Shown piece after piece: positions 26,454 through 35,703 of a DNA stretch of 64,000 nucleotides. Positions within the stretch are counted from its first letter, which is position 1; the number at the start of each line of letters is the position of its first letter. Below the pieces are notes generated by a model that saw only the letters and a program-made list of their open reading frames with translations, was not told where the DNA came from and searched no databases. Source of the stretch: a bacterium (GTDB taxonomy: Bacteria; Electryoneota; RPQS01); contig DASXUQ010000009.1 of NCBI GenBank assembly GCA_036504735.1, positions 1 to 64,000 of the forward strand, written 5' to 3'. Both the position numbers and the translations under genes were made by a program.

Positions 26454-27647
26454 TCAGCAGCCACCCTTGATCTTCTTCTCGGTCTTGACCGCCTTTGGCG
26501 CGATATTCTTGCCGGCATCAATCATGCGGGCAATCTCGGCGCGGGCGGTTTGACGGAAGGTCTTGACGTCGTTGTCCCAGCGGCTGCCGGTGGGCACAAA
26601 GGCTGTCGAGTCCAGAATGACATGCTTGAACGTCGGAAGTCCACCTTCAAGCGCCGCCACATTTTCATAACCGAGGCTCTGCAACAACAGGCAGCCCGCC
26701 TTCTCTTGTGCCTCGTCATCAGCCACGATCACCTTTTTAACATGCCGCTGCGAGAACAGCGCGGTATTATCTTTGCTGAAGAAATCACGCAGGGAAATGT
26801 TGCGGGATCCGGGAAGAGCCAGCTTGGCAAACTGCTCGGGGCTGCGGATGTCCACCATCTGCAGACGCGTCTCCTTGTCCACCAGAAGATATGCCAGTTC
26901 ATCCACGGGCATGACCTTGACCGGATGCGCGGCGACATACCCTGCACTGGAAACCGTGCTGATCATGTGCGCCTTGCGCTCGGGCAGCACCAAAAACACC
27001 AGCCCCAGGGCAAGCACGCCGATGGCCGCAAGGCGGTGCTTGGACAGATTGAAGTCCCGCGACAATGATGCGGAATTGACCTTGCGCTCAATAATGGTGG
27101 TGATGGCAAAGGCGCTCACCGCCACGGCAATCAGGATGAAGGCAAACAGTCCACCGGAAATTCCCAGAGAGTCATAGACCCGCACCGGACCTAAGGCGGT
27201 GGAGTTGAAGAAAGTTTTGAACAGCGGAAACATCTCGCCAAACACAAAGACCCCCAGCAGTCCGCCGCCCACAAAGAACATCGCATCCACTTTGCCAATG
27301 GCCGCCGCGCACACACTGGTGCCGGGGCAATAGCCGCCCAGCACAAAACCTAATCCCATAATGGCCCCACCCACAACCGCCGGCCAGAGCCAGGTGGGAT
27401 TGATGTAGATGGCTTCGGTATCGAGCAGGCCCGCGTAGCCGAGCAGCAGGATGCCGCTCATCGCCGTTACGGCGGCAGTGAAAAAGACACGCAGCACGGT
27501 GAAATCATAGCCATAGAAGACTCCGGCCAGGCGGCGCGAGGACGAAAAGCCCGCCTGTTCCAGCACAAAGCCAAAGGCTATTCCCAGGATCAGCGCCACA
27601 ATTAAATTGAGCTGATCGGAGATGAGGTCAGGAACGAAGGGTCCCAT
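26454..27647 (-). CDS. YeeE/YedE-family sulfur-compound transporter fused to C-terminal rhodanese domain
   Basis: GGYCPGTSVCAAAIG motif. Downstream rhodanese-like block (VDIRSPEQF...). Confidence 0.7.
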   Translation of the reverse strand: MGPFVPDLISDQLNLIVALILGIAFGFVLEQAGFSSSRRLAGVFYGYDFTVLRVFFTAAVTAMSGILLLGYAGLLDTEAIYINPTWLWPAVVGGAIMGLGFVLGGYCPGTSVCAAAIGKVDAMFFVGGGLLGVFVFGEMFPLFKTFFNSTALGPVRVYDSLGISGGLFAFILIAVAVSAFAITTIIERKVNSASLSRDFNLSKHRLAAIGVLALGLVFLVLPERKAHMISTVSSAGYVAAHPVKVMPVDELAYLLVDKETRLQMVDIRSPEQFAKLALPGSRNISLRDFFSKDNTALFSQRHVKKVIVADDEAQEKAGCLLLQSLGYENVAALEGGLPTFKHVILDSTAFVPTGSRWDNDVKTFRQTARAEIARMIDAGKNIAPKAVKTEKKIKGGC

Positions 27648-27668
27648 AATATTCTTTTGCTTTCTGCC

Positions 27669-28181
27669 TTAGATCCAGAGTTTGCGGAAGAAGTAGGCGA
27701 CGGCGAAACCCGTGCCGAAGATCGCAAGCATGGCGATAAACCCTGCGGTGGACAGTACCGCCATGCCGCTTAAGGCCGCGCCGCTGGTACAGCCCCGCGC
27801 AAACTGGGCTCCCGCGCCAAACAGGGCTCCGCCGATCACGGCGAAAATCCAGCGCAGTTTCGGCTGCACGCGCGGTCCGGATTCCGTCACCACTTTCAGG
27901 CGATCCGATACGAGACCCGAGATAAACGCACCGATCAGCACGCCGATCACTTCGAACACCAGCCACGATTTCATCGGGCTCTCCTTGCCCTCGCCGAAGT
28001 AGGACCCGAAGAAGGTGGAGTGTTCGGCATGAGCCGGAGCAATCGCATGGACCGTCGTCAGAACCACGTCCTTGACCGCGCCGCTTGCTCCGAGGCCGCG
28101 GCCCGTGATAAAGATGGTCGCCAGCAGCACGAGGCCCAGAAAGAAACCGGCGAGGTAGGGATTCATGTATTTGGTGTTCAT
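27669..28181 (-). CDS. YeeE/YedE-family membrane protein
   Basis: ARGCTSGAALSG motif. ATG 28181 in ATGA overlap with the cytochrome b stop. The upstream 130 aa of the track ORF overlaps cytochrome b and is rejected. Confidence 0.7.
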   Translation of the reverse strand: MNTKYMNPYLAGFFLGLVLLATIFITGRGLGASGAVKDVVLTTVHAIAPAHAEHSTFFGSYFGEGKESPMKSWLVFEVIGVLIGAFISGLVSDRLKVVTESGPRVQPKLRWIFAVIGGALFGAGAQFARGCTSGAALSGMAVLSTAGFIAMLAIFGTGFAVAYFFRKLWI

Positions 28182-28780
28182 TTCAGATCCTCGTAGCCGG
28201 TGATCATTGCTTTCAGATTGGAGGTCACGCTCGATCCGGTGGTGATGAGATACACGTGTGCGATAAAGAAGCAGACCAGCGCAAACGCGCCGAGCGTATG
28301 GACCAGCGCAATGGCTTTCAGGCCGCCGACATTCAGGCTGATCACGTCGTGCCGCTGCGGATAGCGGTAGAACATGTACAACAGCCCGGATACCGCCATT
28401 ACCGGAATCACCAGCGCCTTCAATCCCGCGTAGACGAGCTTCTGCAACGGGTTCAGCTTGCTCAGTACCTGCTTTTTGGTAGGATGCGGAGCGCCGCGGA
28501 AGATGCCAAAGATGTAATAGTTGACCTGAGCGCGCAGATGCTCCCGTGTGGGCAGGTACTGCCGCCATTCGCCCGTGGTGAAATGCCAGAAGACGGCGAA
28601 GACAATCAACACGAGAAAGCCAATGGCCGAGCTGTTGTGCAGAGCGACCGCCTGCCGGAAGCCGAAGAAGTGAATGGCGCCGTGGATCTCGAAGCCGGTT
28701 ACGCCAAGCATAAGAATCACGGCCGCCTGCGTCCAGTGCCAGAAGCGCTCAAAGGCGCGATAGACATAGTCGTGTTTCAT
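28178..28780 (-). CDS. b-type cytochrome membrane subunit (PhsC/FdnI/HyaC-like)
   Basis: 200 aa, 4-5 TM with conserved His. Adjacent to a multiheme c. Confidence 0.65.
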   Translation of the reverse strand: MKHDYVYRAFERFWHWTQAAVILMLGVTGFEIHGAIHFFGFRQAVALHNSSAIGFLVLIVFAVFWHFTTGEWRQYLPTREHLRAQVNYYIFGIFRGAPHPTKKQVLSKLNPLQKLVYAGLKALVIPVMAVSGLLYMFYRYPQRHDVISLNVGGLKAIALVHTLGAFALVCFFIAHVYLITTGSSVTSNLKAMITGYEDLK

Positions 28781-28781
28781 A

Positions 28782-30344
28782 TCAGCGGCCTCCCTTCCGC
28801 TTGCGGCTCACGACGACCCGGGCGCCACCGTGCGCTATCACTCCTGCAAGGGTCATCAGAATCATCGCCGCGCCGAATTTTTCCAGCCCCGCGCTGTAAT
28901 TGCGGCCCGGCATGTAGAAGTCGTTCAGGCCGGCCAAGCGGCTATCGGTGCGCGTATGGCATTCATTGCACTGCACCACGCTGGTTTTCGGCGAGACCAT
29001 GTGATTGACAGGCCAGTACATTTCGGTTTCGGCAAAACCGTATTTGCCGCTGTAAGGAAGGTCGACCCGCTTCATGCCTTCTTCAGCGGCACGGTTCCAG
29101 TTGAATTCCTTCCAGTAGCCGCCATCACCGGCGACTGTTGAAAACGTCTTGGGCTGAATCAGATAATGGTTCTGCGTATCGTAAATCTGTTTGGTGCGCA
29201 TGATCTTCACCGGGATGATCTTCGCCTCGGGATCGTTGTATGCGCCATAGAGCGGGTTGATCTTCAGCGGCTGGGAAGGATCGAAGGTATCACCGATCAG
29301 GTAATGGGACGCCGTGCCGTTGAACCACACATAGTCCGGCTTCAGATTCTTGCCCCAGCGGAAGGAGCCCTTGATCGACATGTACACATCGTCGCCCGTC
29401 GAGTCCTTCTCTTCGTACGGCTGACCGTCCTTGAGTTTTCCCGCCGTGGACCAGTCCCAATCGGTCTTGGTGGGATTGACTTTGGCATAGGTGGGGATGT
29501 GGCAAGTTTGACAGGCGACCTTGATGGTGTGCTTGTTCAATACATCATCGGAATGCGGCAGGGCGCTGTGGCAGCTTTCGCACTCGGCGCGGTTACGGTT
29601 CATCGAAGAGACCGAGAAGGCCTTGCCGAGCATCTGATGCTTGCTGGCCGTGTGGCAATCCACGCACTGCATGTCTTCGCCGTCGGAGGCCATGTGCACG
29701 TCGACATCGCGGGACGGGTCAAACAGAGCTTTCTCCAGATCGCCGTGCTTGACATTGTTCCCGCCGCCGCCGAAAAAGTGACAGGTTCCGCAGTTCGTGC
29801 GCTGCGGTTTTCCCACGTGCTGCGCCACAGTGGCCAAGTCCACCGACGGATCGGGATTTCCCGCGCCGGCTTTGATGTAGCTGTTGCTGTTGTCATGGCA
29901 GGCGAGGCAATCGACGTTGTAGGCATTCTGAAAATCGAAGGAAGGGCTGTCATAGCCGTAGCCGATGTGGCAGCGGTTGCAGCTCGGTTCGTTGCCGGAA
30001 ATGCCGATGCAAAAATTATTCAGGATGTTTCGCTTGCCGACAGTACGAATGCCCTTGCCTTCGACATACTCTGTGCGTTCCCAATTCCAGTGGGACGACT
30101 GCATCACTTCCTTGTGCCGTTCGGTGTGACAGGAGATACAGGCTTCGGTAACCTCCTGCGGTTTGCCGAAGCGCTTTTGCAGCACCGCGAACCGGGTGTG
30201 ATCTACCGAAGGCTTTTCCTTCTTCTGATAGCGGGCTTTCAGTGCGGCCAAGGGTGTTTGATCCTCACTCTTTTTCGGCAGCACGCTCAGCATGAGGGCA
30301 AGCACGGCACCGAAAACAAGCAGGACCAGAAAAATACGTTTCAT
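28782..30344 (-). CDS. octaheme c-type cytochrome (tetrathionate reductase Otr-like family)
   Basis: Eight CxxCH (CISCH, CNRCH, CLACH, CGTCH, CVDCH, CESCH, CQTCH, CNECH). Signal peptide and C-terminal hydrophobic anchor. Confidence 0.6.
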   Translation of the reverse strand: MKRIFLVLLVFGAVLALMLSVLPKKSEDQTPLAALKARYQKKEKPSVDHTRFAVLQKRFGKPQEVTEACISCHTERHKEVMQSSHWNWERTEYVEGKGIRTVGKRNILNNFCIGISGNEPSCNRCHIGYGYDSPSFDFQNAYNVDCLACHDNSNSYIKAGAGNPDPSVDLATVAQHVGKPQRTNCGTCHFFGGGGNNVKHGDLEKALFDPSRDVDVHMASDGEDMQCVDCHTASKHQMLGKAFSVSSMNRNRAECESCHSALPHSDDVLNKHTIKVACQTCHIPTYAKVNPTKTDWDWSTAGKLKDGQPYEEKDSTGDDVYMSIKGSFRWGKNLKPDYVWFNGTASHYLIGDTFDPSQPLKINPLYGAYNDPEAKIIPVKIMRTKQIYDTQNHYLIQPKTFSTVAGDGGYWKEFNWNRAAEEGMKRVDLPYSGKYGFAETEMYWPVNHMVSPKTSVVQCNECHTRTDSRLAGLNDFYMPGRNYSAGLEKFGAAMILMTLAGVIAHGGARVVVSRKRKGGR

Positions 30345-30434
30345 ACTCCATCTTCCTTCCTTGCGAATTTTCGTGCAAGGATAGGCTGTGAAAAGCCTGC
30401 CGTTCATCATCGACACGGCAGGCAGCTATCGTTG

Positions 30435-30824
30435 TTATGTGAGGCTGGCCAGCGCCTTTTTCATCAGACTTCGCGCCTGCGCCCCATGCGGCGTCAAGAC
30501 GGGATCGCCAAGGGTTTCTACCACGGTGCCAGGATCGAGCGCCCAGACAGAGACGGTGTCATCCTCTTCCTGCCGCAGGCATACGGAGCAAGGCAGAAAC
30601 ACGCCGACTTCCGGGCGCACCGCCAGCGCTCGGTGGGCGATCTGCGGATTGCAGGCGCCGAGTATCCGGTAGGGCGCGGTGTCCACACCCAGCTTCTCCT
30701 TGAGCACCTTGTCCGCTTCGATCCGGGTCAGGATTCCGAAGCCCGATTCTTTCAGCGCGGCGGTGATGCGCGTTTCCACATCATCGATAGTGCCATGCGC
30801 GCGAGTGGATAGCACGAAGTTCAT
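30435..30824 (-). CDS. DUF302 domain protein
   Basis: GFGILTRIEADKVLKEKLGVDTAPYRILGACNP. Confidence 0.8.
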   Translation of the reverse strand: MNFVLSTRAHGTIDDVETRITAALKESGFGILTRIEADKVLKEKLGVDTAPYRILGACNPQIAHRALAVRPEVGVFLPCSVCLRQEEDDTVSVWALDPGTVVETLGDPVLTPHGAQARSLMKKALASLT

Positions 30825-30827
30825 GGT

Positions 30828-31217
30828 TCAGGAGTCCTTCACGACCGGCAGCGGCGCCAGTTTGTCGAGCTTCTGCCGCAGGGTCTCGATGGGAATCAAG
30901 CCCACCACCTGATCCACGATCTTGCCGTCCTTGATAAACATTAGGGTTGGGATGCTGCGGATGCGAAAGGCGGAGGCGGTCTGCATGTTCTGTGACACGT
31001 TCAGCTTGAAGATGTTCACACGTCCCACATATTCCGGGCCGAGGTCCCGCAGTAAACCGCCCATGACCTGGCAAGGCATGCAGGTCGGCGACCAGAAGTC
31101 CAGCAGTACCGGGAGTTCGGATTTAAGAATATCCTGATCGAAGGTGGCGTCGCTGGTTTCCATCGGCTTGCCCGGCTTAACCTCGCCGCCATTGAAGAGG
31201 GATTTGAAAATACTCAT
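30828..31217 (-). CDS. thioredoxin (variant WSPTCMPC active site)
   Basis: Trx fold. ATG 31217. Confidence 0.8.
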   Translation of the reverse strand: MSIFKSLFNGGEVKPGKPMETSDATFDQDILKSELPVLLDFWSPTCMPCQVMGGLLRDLGPEYVGRVNIFKLNVSQNMQTASAFRIRSIPTLMFIKDGKIVDQVVGLIPIETLRQKLDKLAPLPVVKDS

Positions 31218-31279
31218 CGTCTGTGCTCCTTGCACGTTCCGTTATTATCCTGCATCTTCATAAACTAAGAATCCATTTG

Positions 31280-31945
31280 TCAGCCGTGCACCACGGGCAT
31301 TCCCGCCGCTTTCCATTCGGCCACGCCATCGCCGAGGCGGATCGCTTCGAAGCCCTTGCTGCGCAGTACCCGCACAGCTTCTCCCGCCAGCACGCAGTAC
31401 GGTCCGCGGCAATAGGCCACAATCTGCTGTCCCTGCGGGAGACGGTCCAGATGGCTTTTCAACTTGTCCAGCGGAATGGAGAGCGCGTGAGGAATATGCT
31501 CGGCGGCATACTCATCTTCCGGCCTGACATCCAGCATGATAATCTTTCCGCCCTTGGCCAGCTTCAGGAGCTTGTTGCGGTCGATGATCTCGACCTCTTT
31601 AGGATCATCGGTGATGTCGGAGAGCACGCGCTCGACTTCGGCCAGGCGGGACTGGGCGACCTTCTTCATATTGCTGACCAGATCATAGACCTGTCCGTCG
31701 GCCAACCGATAGAACACGTAGATTCCTTCGCGCCGGGTCTCCACCAATCCCGCACCTCTTAGAACCTGCAGGTGCCGCGAGGTGTTGGCAATGGTCATTC
31801 CGGTGTTGGCTACCAGCGTCTCGACACTCTTCTCGCATTGGTGCAAAAGTTCTAAGAGTTCCAAGCGTTTAGGGCTGGACAGTGCGTGTCCAATTCTGGC
31901 GAACTGCTCGTTGAGCTTGTCTTTGATATCCCGGACGGTCGGCAT
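31280..31945 (-). CDS. ArsR-family HTH regulator fused to rhodanese domain
   Basis: ATG 31945 with AGAAGGAG SD. Rhodanese active-site Cys in YCRGPYC. Confidence 0.75.
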   Translation of the reverse strand: MPTVRDIKDKLNEQFARIGHALSSPKRLELLELLHQCEKSVETLVANTGMTIANTSRHLQVLRGAGLVETRREGIYVFYRLADGQVYDLVSNMKKVAQSRLAEVERVLSDITDDPKEVEIIDRNKLLKLAKGGKIIMLDVRPEDEYAAEHIPHALSIPLDKLKSHLDRLPQGQQIVAYCRGPYCVLAGEAVRVLRSKGFEAIRLGDGVAEWKAAGMPVVHG

Positions 31946-31961
31946 AATTTCTCCTTCTATC

Positions 31962-31981
31962 ATTCAATCGAACGCTTGAAT
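31962..31981. promoter_or_regulatory. inverted repeat ATTCAA-N8-TTGAAT 17 nt upstream of ArsR-rhodanese start
   Basis: attcaatcgaacgcttgaat. Confidence 0.45.
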
Positions 31982-32059
31982 ATACGAAAAAGATCCACCA
32001 GAGTCAAGTCCCCCCTGTCGGAACATTACTATTTCCATGGTAGCTGTGAACTTAAGTCA

Positions 32060-32095
32060 ATAAAAACGGCTGACCTTCCGGGTCAGCCGTTTCAT
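32060..32095 (-). terminator. strong rho-independent terminator after ArsF-like gene
   Basis: aacggctgacc ttcc gggtcagccgtt followed by TTTTTATT on the minus strand. Confidence 0.7.
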
Positions 32096-32115
32096 GTTCA
32101 GTTTATGGCGCGCGG

Positions 32116-32565
32116 TTACTTTGCGTTCAGGTAAGCGCGGACTTCATTCTGCACATACGTGAGATAATCCGGTTTTGCTCCCACCAGCTCCCAGATCTTC
32201 TCGCAATTCTTCCAGTGTGCCTGCTTGCCATCCTCCAGACGAACGATGATCAGCGACTTTGTTTCCAGCTTGAAATCGTTCCAGAAGTGCTCATACTCCT
32301 TTTGGCCCGTGTCGTAGCTGTGCCATTCAACGGTGCCCTGTTGCAGCTCTTTGGCAAAGCCCGTCTCCACGGCCTCTTTGGCAAAGGCTTCCATGTTGAT
32401 ACAGGTCTCACAACGGGGCGTAAAGTAAAGGTAGTAAACCACCACTTTGGGATTGGACGCGGCTTGAGCGTGGACGCTGTCGGCAACGGCAGGGACGGCC
32501 TCTTCGGCCCGCGCGGGCAGCGCCGCCAGGATCACGTACAGTATTATCTGAAACGCGAACTTCAT
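32116..32565 (-). CDS. secreted thioredoxin-like CxxC protein, ArsF-like family
   Basis: Signal peptide. VVYYLYFTPRCETCINMEAF resembles the thioredoxin-like 'nitrophenyl nitroreductase subunit ArsF' family. Family assignment from memory. Confidence 0.4.
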   Translation of the reverse strand: MKFAFQIILYVILAALPARAEEAVPAVADSVHAQAASNPKVVVYYLYFTPRCETCINMEAFAKEAVETGFAKELQQGTVEWHSYDTGQKEYEHFWNDFKLETKSLIIVRLEDGKQAHWKNCEKIWELVGAKPDYLTYVQNEVRAYLNAK

Positions 32566-32583
32566 GCTTCGGTGCTCTTTGGG

Positions 32584-33240
32584 TTAGTGAACAGGATTGG
32601 ATGCGGTGGACGTGCCTTTATCGGGAAGCATCGGCGCGAGGGTAAGAGCCGCTGCGGCCAGCAGGCCGAGGTCTTCCCATATTCCCATACTGAAGGCCGC
32701 GGTGGATCCGACCAGGACCCACAACAGCGGAATCACCAGCAGAAGTTTGGGCGGCTTGGGATCGACCCAGAGCAAAAGCCCCAGAGAAAAAATAGTGGTT
32801 GGGCATGGCAGCCCGAAGGTCGGCGCGGAGGGATAGACATGGCCAAGGAAATATCCTAAGATCGGATAGACCACCAGACTGTACGTCATCAGCATCGAGC
32901 CCCTGATTCCCGGGCAACCCTTCCGGAGGCTGAACGTCAACTGGCCGCGGAACACACCGCTATAGAGAATCAAGAGTCCCTGCACGACAAACAGCGCTCC
33001 GAAAAGATACGCGGCGCGGTTGATACCGCTGAAGTAGATCCAATGATAGACCACACCCATCCAGATCCAGAGCAGCCCCAGCAGCGCACTGATGATTCTG
33101 CCCCGTTGCCCGCCGGGCCGGATGGCCAGAAAGATCGCTGCCAATGCGGCGGCGTTCAGCAGGATCTGTGCCGGCCAGACCGCCTGATTGTAGCCGGCAA
33201 ACACCGCCAGAAACTGTTCCACTGTAAACGGTAAGCTCAT
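32584..33240 (-). CDS. conserved integral membrane protein (DUF-type, MSLPFTVEQFLAVF...)
   Basis: 218 aa, about 6 TM. Confidence 0.55.
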   Translation of the reverse strand: MSLPFTVEQFLAVFAGYNQAVWPAQILLNAAALAAIFLAIRPGGQRGRIISALLGLLWIWMGVVYHWIYFSGINRAAYLFGALFVVQGLLILYSGVFRGQLTFSLRKGCPGIRGSMLMTYSLVVYPILGYFLGHVYPSAPTFGLPCPTTIFSLGLLLWVDPKPPKLLLVIPLLWVLVGSTAAFSMGIWEDLGLLAAAALTLAPMLPDKGTSTASNPVH

Positions 33241-33273
33241 CTTACACTCCGCTCAAAGATTTTCGGCTTGAAA

Positions 33274-33975
33274 TCAGAAGAGTTTCCAGACCATATAGAG
33301 GCCGCCCAGAATCACCAGGGCACCGCAAATGCGTTTGATCCAGCGCGTCACACCCGAGCGCTCGGTCCAACTCAAATAGTCGCCAATGCGGCTGGCCAGC
33401 ACGCCCGCGACCACGATGACCGCGCAGTGCCCGAGGGCAAAGGCTCCCAGCAAGGTCACTGCACCTCCGACATTGGTGGTCGCCGTTTTGAAGACCACGC
33501 CCAGCACCGGCGCCATAAAGGCAAAGGTGCACGGACCCAGCCCAATGCCGAAGATCAGTCCCAGCGTCAGCGCCGACAGAAGTCCCGAGTAGCTCTGGCC
33601 GGAAAAATGCAGACCGTTCCAGGACAGCGGCAGGATGTCCATCAGGTACAGCCCAATAGCCAGAAAGACCAGCGCCACCAGCACGTTCCCCACCATGCCG
33701 ATGTCCCCCAGCAGGCGTCCGAGCATCGCGGTGGCCAGTCCGATGGCGGCAATCGTCACCAGAATGCCCAGAGCAAATGTGACGGAAAGCCAGAACACGC
33801 GCCGTGCGTTGGCCGACTCCTGACTGCTGATAAAACCGATCAGCAAGGGGATGCTCGCCAGATGGCAGGGACTGAGCAGAATGCTCGCGATGCCCCAGAA
33901 CACGGCAGCGACAATTCCCAGCCAAAGGCTCGCTGCGAGTCCCTCATTCAGTGTCGTAAACAGGCTTTCGATCAT
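33274..33975 (-). CDS. ccdA: cytochrome c biogenesis / thiol-disulfide transporter CcdA (DsbD family)
   Basis: SPCHLASIPLL and GPCTFAFMAPV Cys-in-TM motifs. ATGA overlap with the upstream gene. Confidence 0.8.
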   Translation of the reverse strand: MIESLFTTLNEGLAASLWLGIVAAVFWGIASILLSPCHLASIPLLIGFISSQESANARRVFWLSVTFALGILVTIAAIGLATAMLGRLLGDIGMVGNVLVALVFLAIGLYLMDILPLSWNGLHFSGQSYSGLLSALTLGLIFGIGLGPCTFAFMAPVLGVVFKTATTNVGGAVTLLGAFALGHCAVIVVAGVLASRIGDYLSWTERSGVTRWIKRICGALVILGGLYMVWKLF

Positions 33976-34367
33976 GATAGCGGCGTCAACCCCTGCGCTT
34001 TAAGAAATTTGTCGATTTCCTCTTCGGCAAAGAAGCCTTCGTGGCGCATCAGTTCCTTGCCGGACGAATCGAGAAACACCTGCGTCGGAATCAGCTTAAT
34101 GCCGAAGGCTTGGGACTGTGCGCGGTCCTTCATGACATCGTGGAAGATCACTTTGACCTGTCCCGCATAGCGCGTCTCGATGGCCTTCATCACCGGCTGC
34201 ATCTTTTTGCAGGGGATACAGGTTGTCGAGCCCAGTTCCACAAAGGTGATCCTGGCCGCTGACGTGCTCGCCGTTTTGCTTACCGCGGCTTTGTCGGCGC
34301 CGCCACATGAGATCAGCAGCACGGCAATTCCCACAACAGCCGAAAATAAAAATGTCCGGCGTGCCAT
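33972..34367 (-). CDS. TlpA/ResA-like periplasmic thioredoxin lipoprotein
   Basis: Lipobox LLISCGG. TCIPCKKM active site. Confidence 0.75.
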   Translation of the reverse strand: MARRTFLFSAVVGIAVLLISCGGADKAAVSKTASTSAARITFVELGSTTCIPCKKMQPVMKAIETRYAGQVKVIFHDVMKDRAQSQAFGIKLIPTQVFLDSSGKELMRHEGFFAEEEIDKFLKAQGLTPLS

Positions 34368-34384
34368 TGGCAGTTCTCCGCAGG

Positions 34385-34618
34385 TTAGACCAGCAGTTTC
34401 TTGATTTCGTCCATCGACAACACGCGGCCTACCGCCTTGACGTCGCCGTCGATCACCAGCCCCGGTGTCTGCCAGACTTTGAACTTCATGATCTCGCTGA
34501 TTTCCGAGACCTTTTCCAGAGTGTAGTCGAGGCCCAGATCATTGGCGGCCAGTTCCGCGTTTTCCTGAAGCTTTTTGCAGCGGGCACAACCGGTGCCCAG
34601 AATCTGAATCTTTCGCAT
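34385..34618 (-). CDS. thioredoxin family 'redox-active disulfide protein 2'
   Basis: MRKIQILGTGCARCKK... Small Trx-like protein, common in ars loci. GTG 34627 is an alternative start. Confidence 0.8.
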   Translation of the reverse strand: MRKIQILGTGCARCKKLQENAELAANDLGLDYTLEKVSEISEIMKFKVWQTPGLVIDGDVKAVGRVLSMDEIKKLLV

Positions 34619-34631
34619 GGTCAGCACTCGC

Positions 34632-35651
34632 CTATATCAACAGATTGAAAAGATAGCCCACCATCAGAATTCCGATGCCGACCACGCCGATGAAGGTGCC
34701 GATCAGGCGCGGCTTGAGCACCTTGCGCAGAATCACCATCTCCGGCAGTGAGAGCGCAATCACGGCCATCATGAACGCCAGCACCGTTCCCAGTGCCGCG
34801 CCCTTTTCCAGCAGCGCCTGCACCACGGGGACAATTCCAGCCGCGTTGGAATACATGGGAATACCGATAATCACCGCCACGGGAACGCTCCACCATGCGT
34901 CCTTGCCCATGATCGACGCCAGAAAATTCTCCGGCACAAAGCCGTGAATCCACGCCCCCACACCAATGCCGATCACCACATACAGCCAGACCTTGCCGAC
35001 AATTTCCTTCACAGCAGTCAGGCCACACTGAACGCGCTCGGGCCAGGACAGGCGCTCTTCACTCTGGCTGCCGTCGGTCTGCATCTCATAGACCCAGGGC
35101 TCCACGTGTTTTTCCACGTGCAGGCGGCCAATCACCCAACCGGAGACCATGGCAATCAGCAAGCCGGTGCCCATATAGAGGGCGGCAATCTTCCAGCCGA
35201 AGAGTCCCAACAACAGCACTACGGCAATTTCGTTGACCATCGGCGCGGAGACCAAAAAGGAAAACGTCACGCCCAGCGGCACGCCCGCGGTCACAAAACC
35301 GATAAACAACGGCACCGCAGAGCACGAGCAAAACGGCGTCACAATTCCCAGCAGCGCCGCCAGTACGTTGCCCGCAGACTCGCGTTTGCCCGCCAGCATC
35401 TGCCGCGTGCGCTCCGGAGTGAAAAACGAGCGCACGATGCCCACACCAAACACCACCAGCGTCAGCAGCATCAGCACCTTGGGAGTCTCGAACAGGAAGA
35501 ACTCCACGGCAGTGGAAAGGTGCGTGCCGGGCGTCAGGATTGTGACTTGCGCCGTCAGCCAGCGCGCCCACGGTGCAAGCTGGCCGTAGAGCAAAACCCA
35601 CAGCGCCAATGCGGCGGGAAGCCACACCGCCGTGCGGGTGAAAAGGTTCAC
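34632..35651 (-). CDS. arsP: ArsP-type organoarsenical efflux permease
   Basis: TPFCSCSAVP motif characteristic of ArsP. About 8 TM. Start uncertain: GTG 35651 or nearby. Confidence 0.65.
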   Translation of the reverse strand: MNLFTRTAVWLPAALALWVLLYGQLAPWARWLTAQVTILTPGTHLSTAVEFFLFETPKVLMLLTLVVFGVGIVRSFFTPERTRQMLAGKRESAGNVLAALLGIVTPFCSCSAVPLFIGFVTAGVPLGVTFSFLVSAPMVNEIAVVLLLGLFGWKIAALYMGTGLLIAMVSGWVIGRLHVEKHVEPWVYEMQTDGSQSEERLSWPERVQCGLTAVKEIVGKVWLYVVIGIGVGAWIHGFVPENFLASIMGKDAWWSVPVAVIIGIPMYSNAAGIVPVVQALLEKGAALGTVLAFMMAVIALSLPEMVILRKVLKPRLIGTFIGVVGIGILMVGYLFNLLI

Positions 35652-35703
35652 ATGATGGTGTGTACGGGACTCGGGAATGCTCACCGCGATTATCCTGTAA
35701 AGG

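Noticed and set aside
28182-28568. N-terminal 130-aa extension of track ORF 27669..28568
   Set aside because: Overlaps the cytochrome b gene. Arg/His-rich. The YeeE protein starts at ATG 28181 in ATGA overlap.
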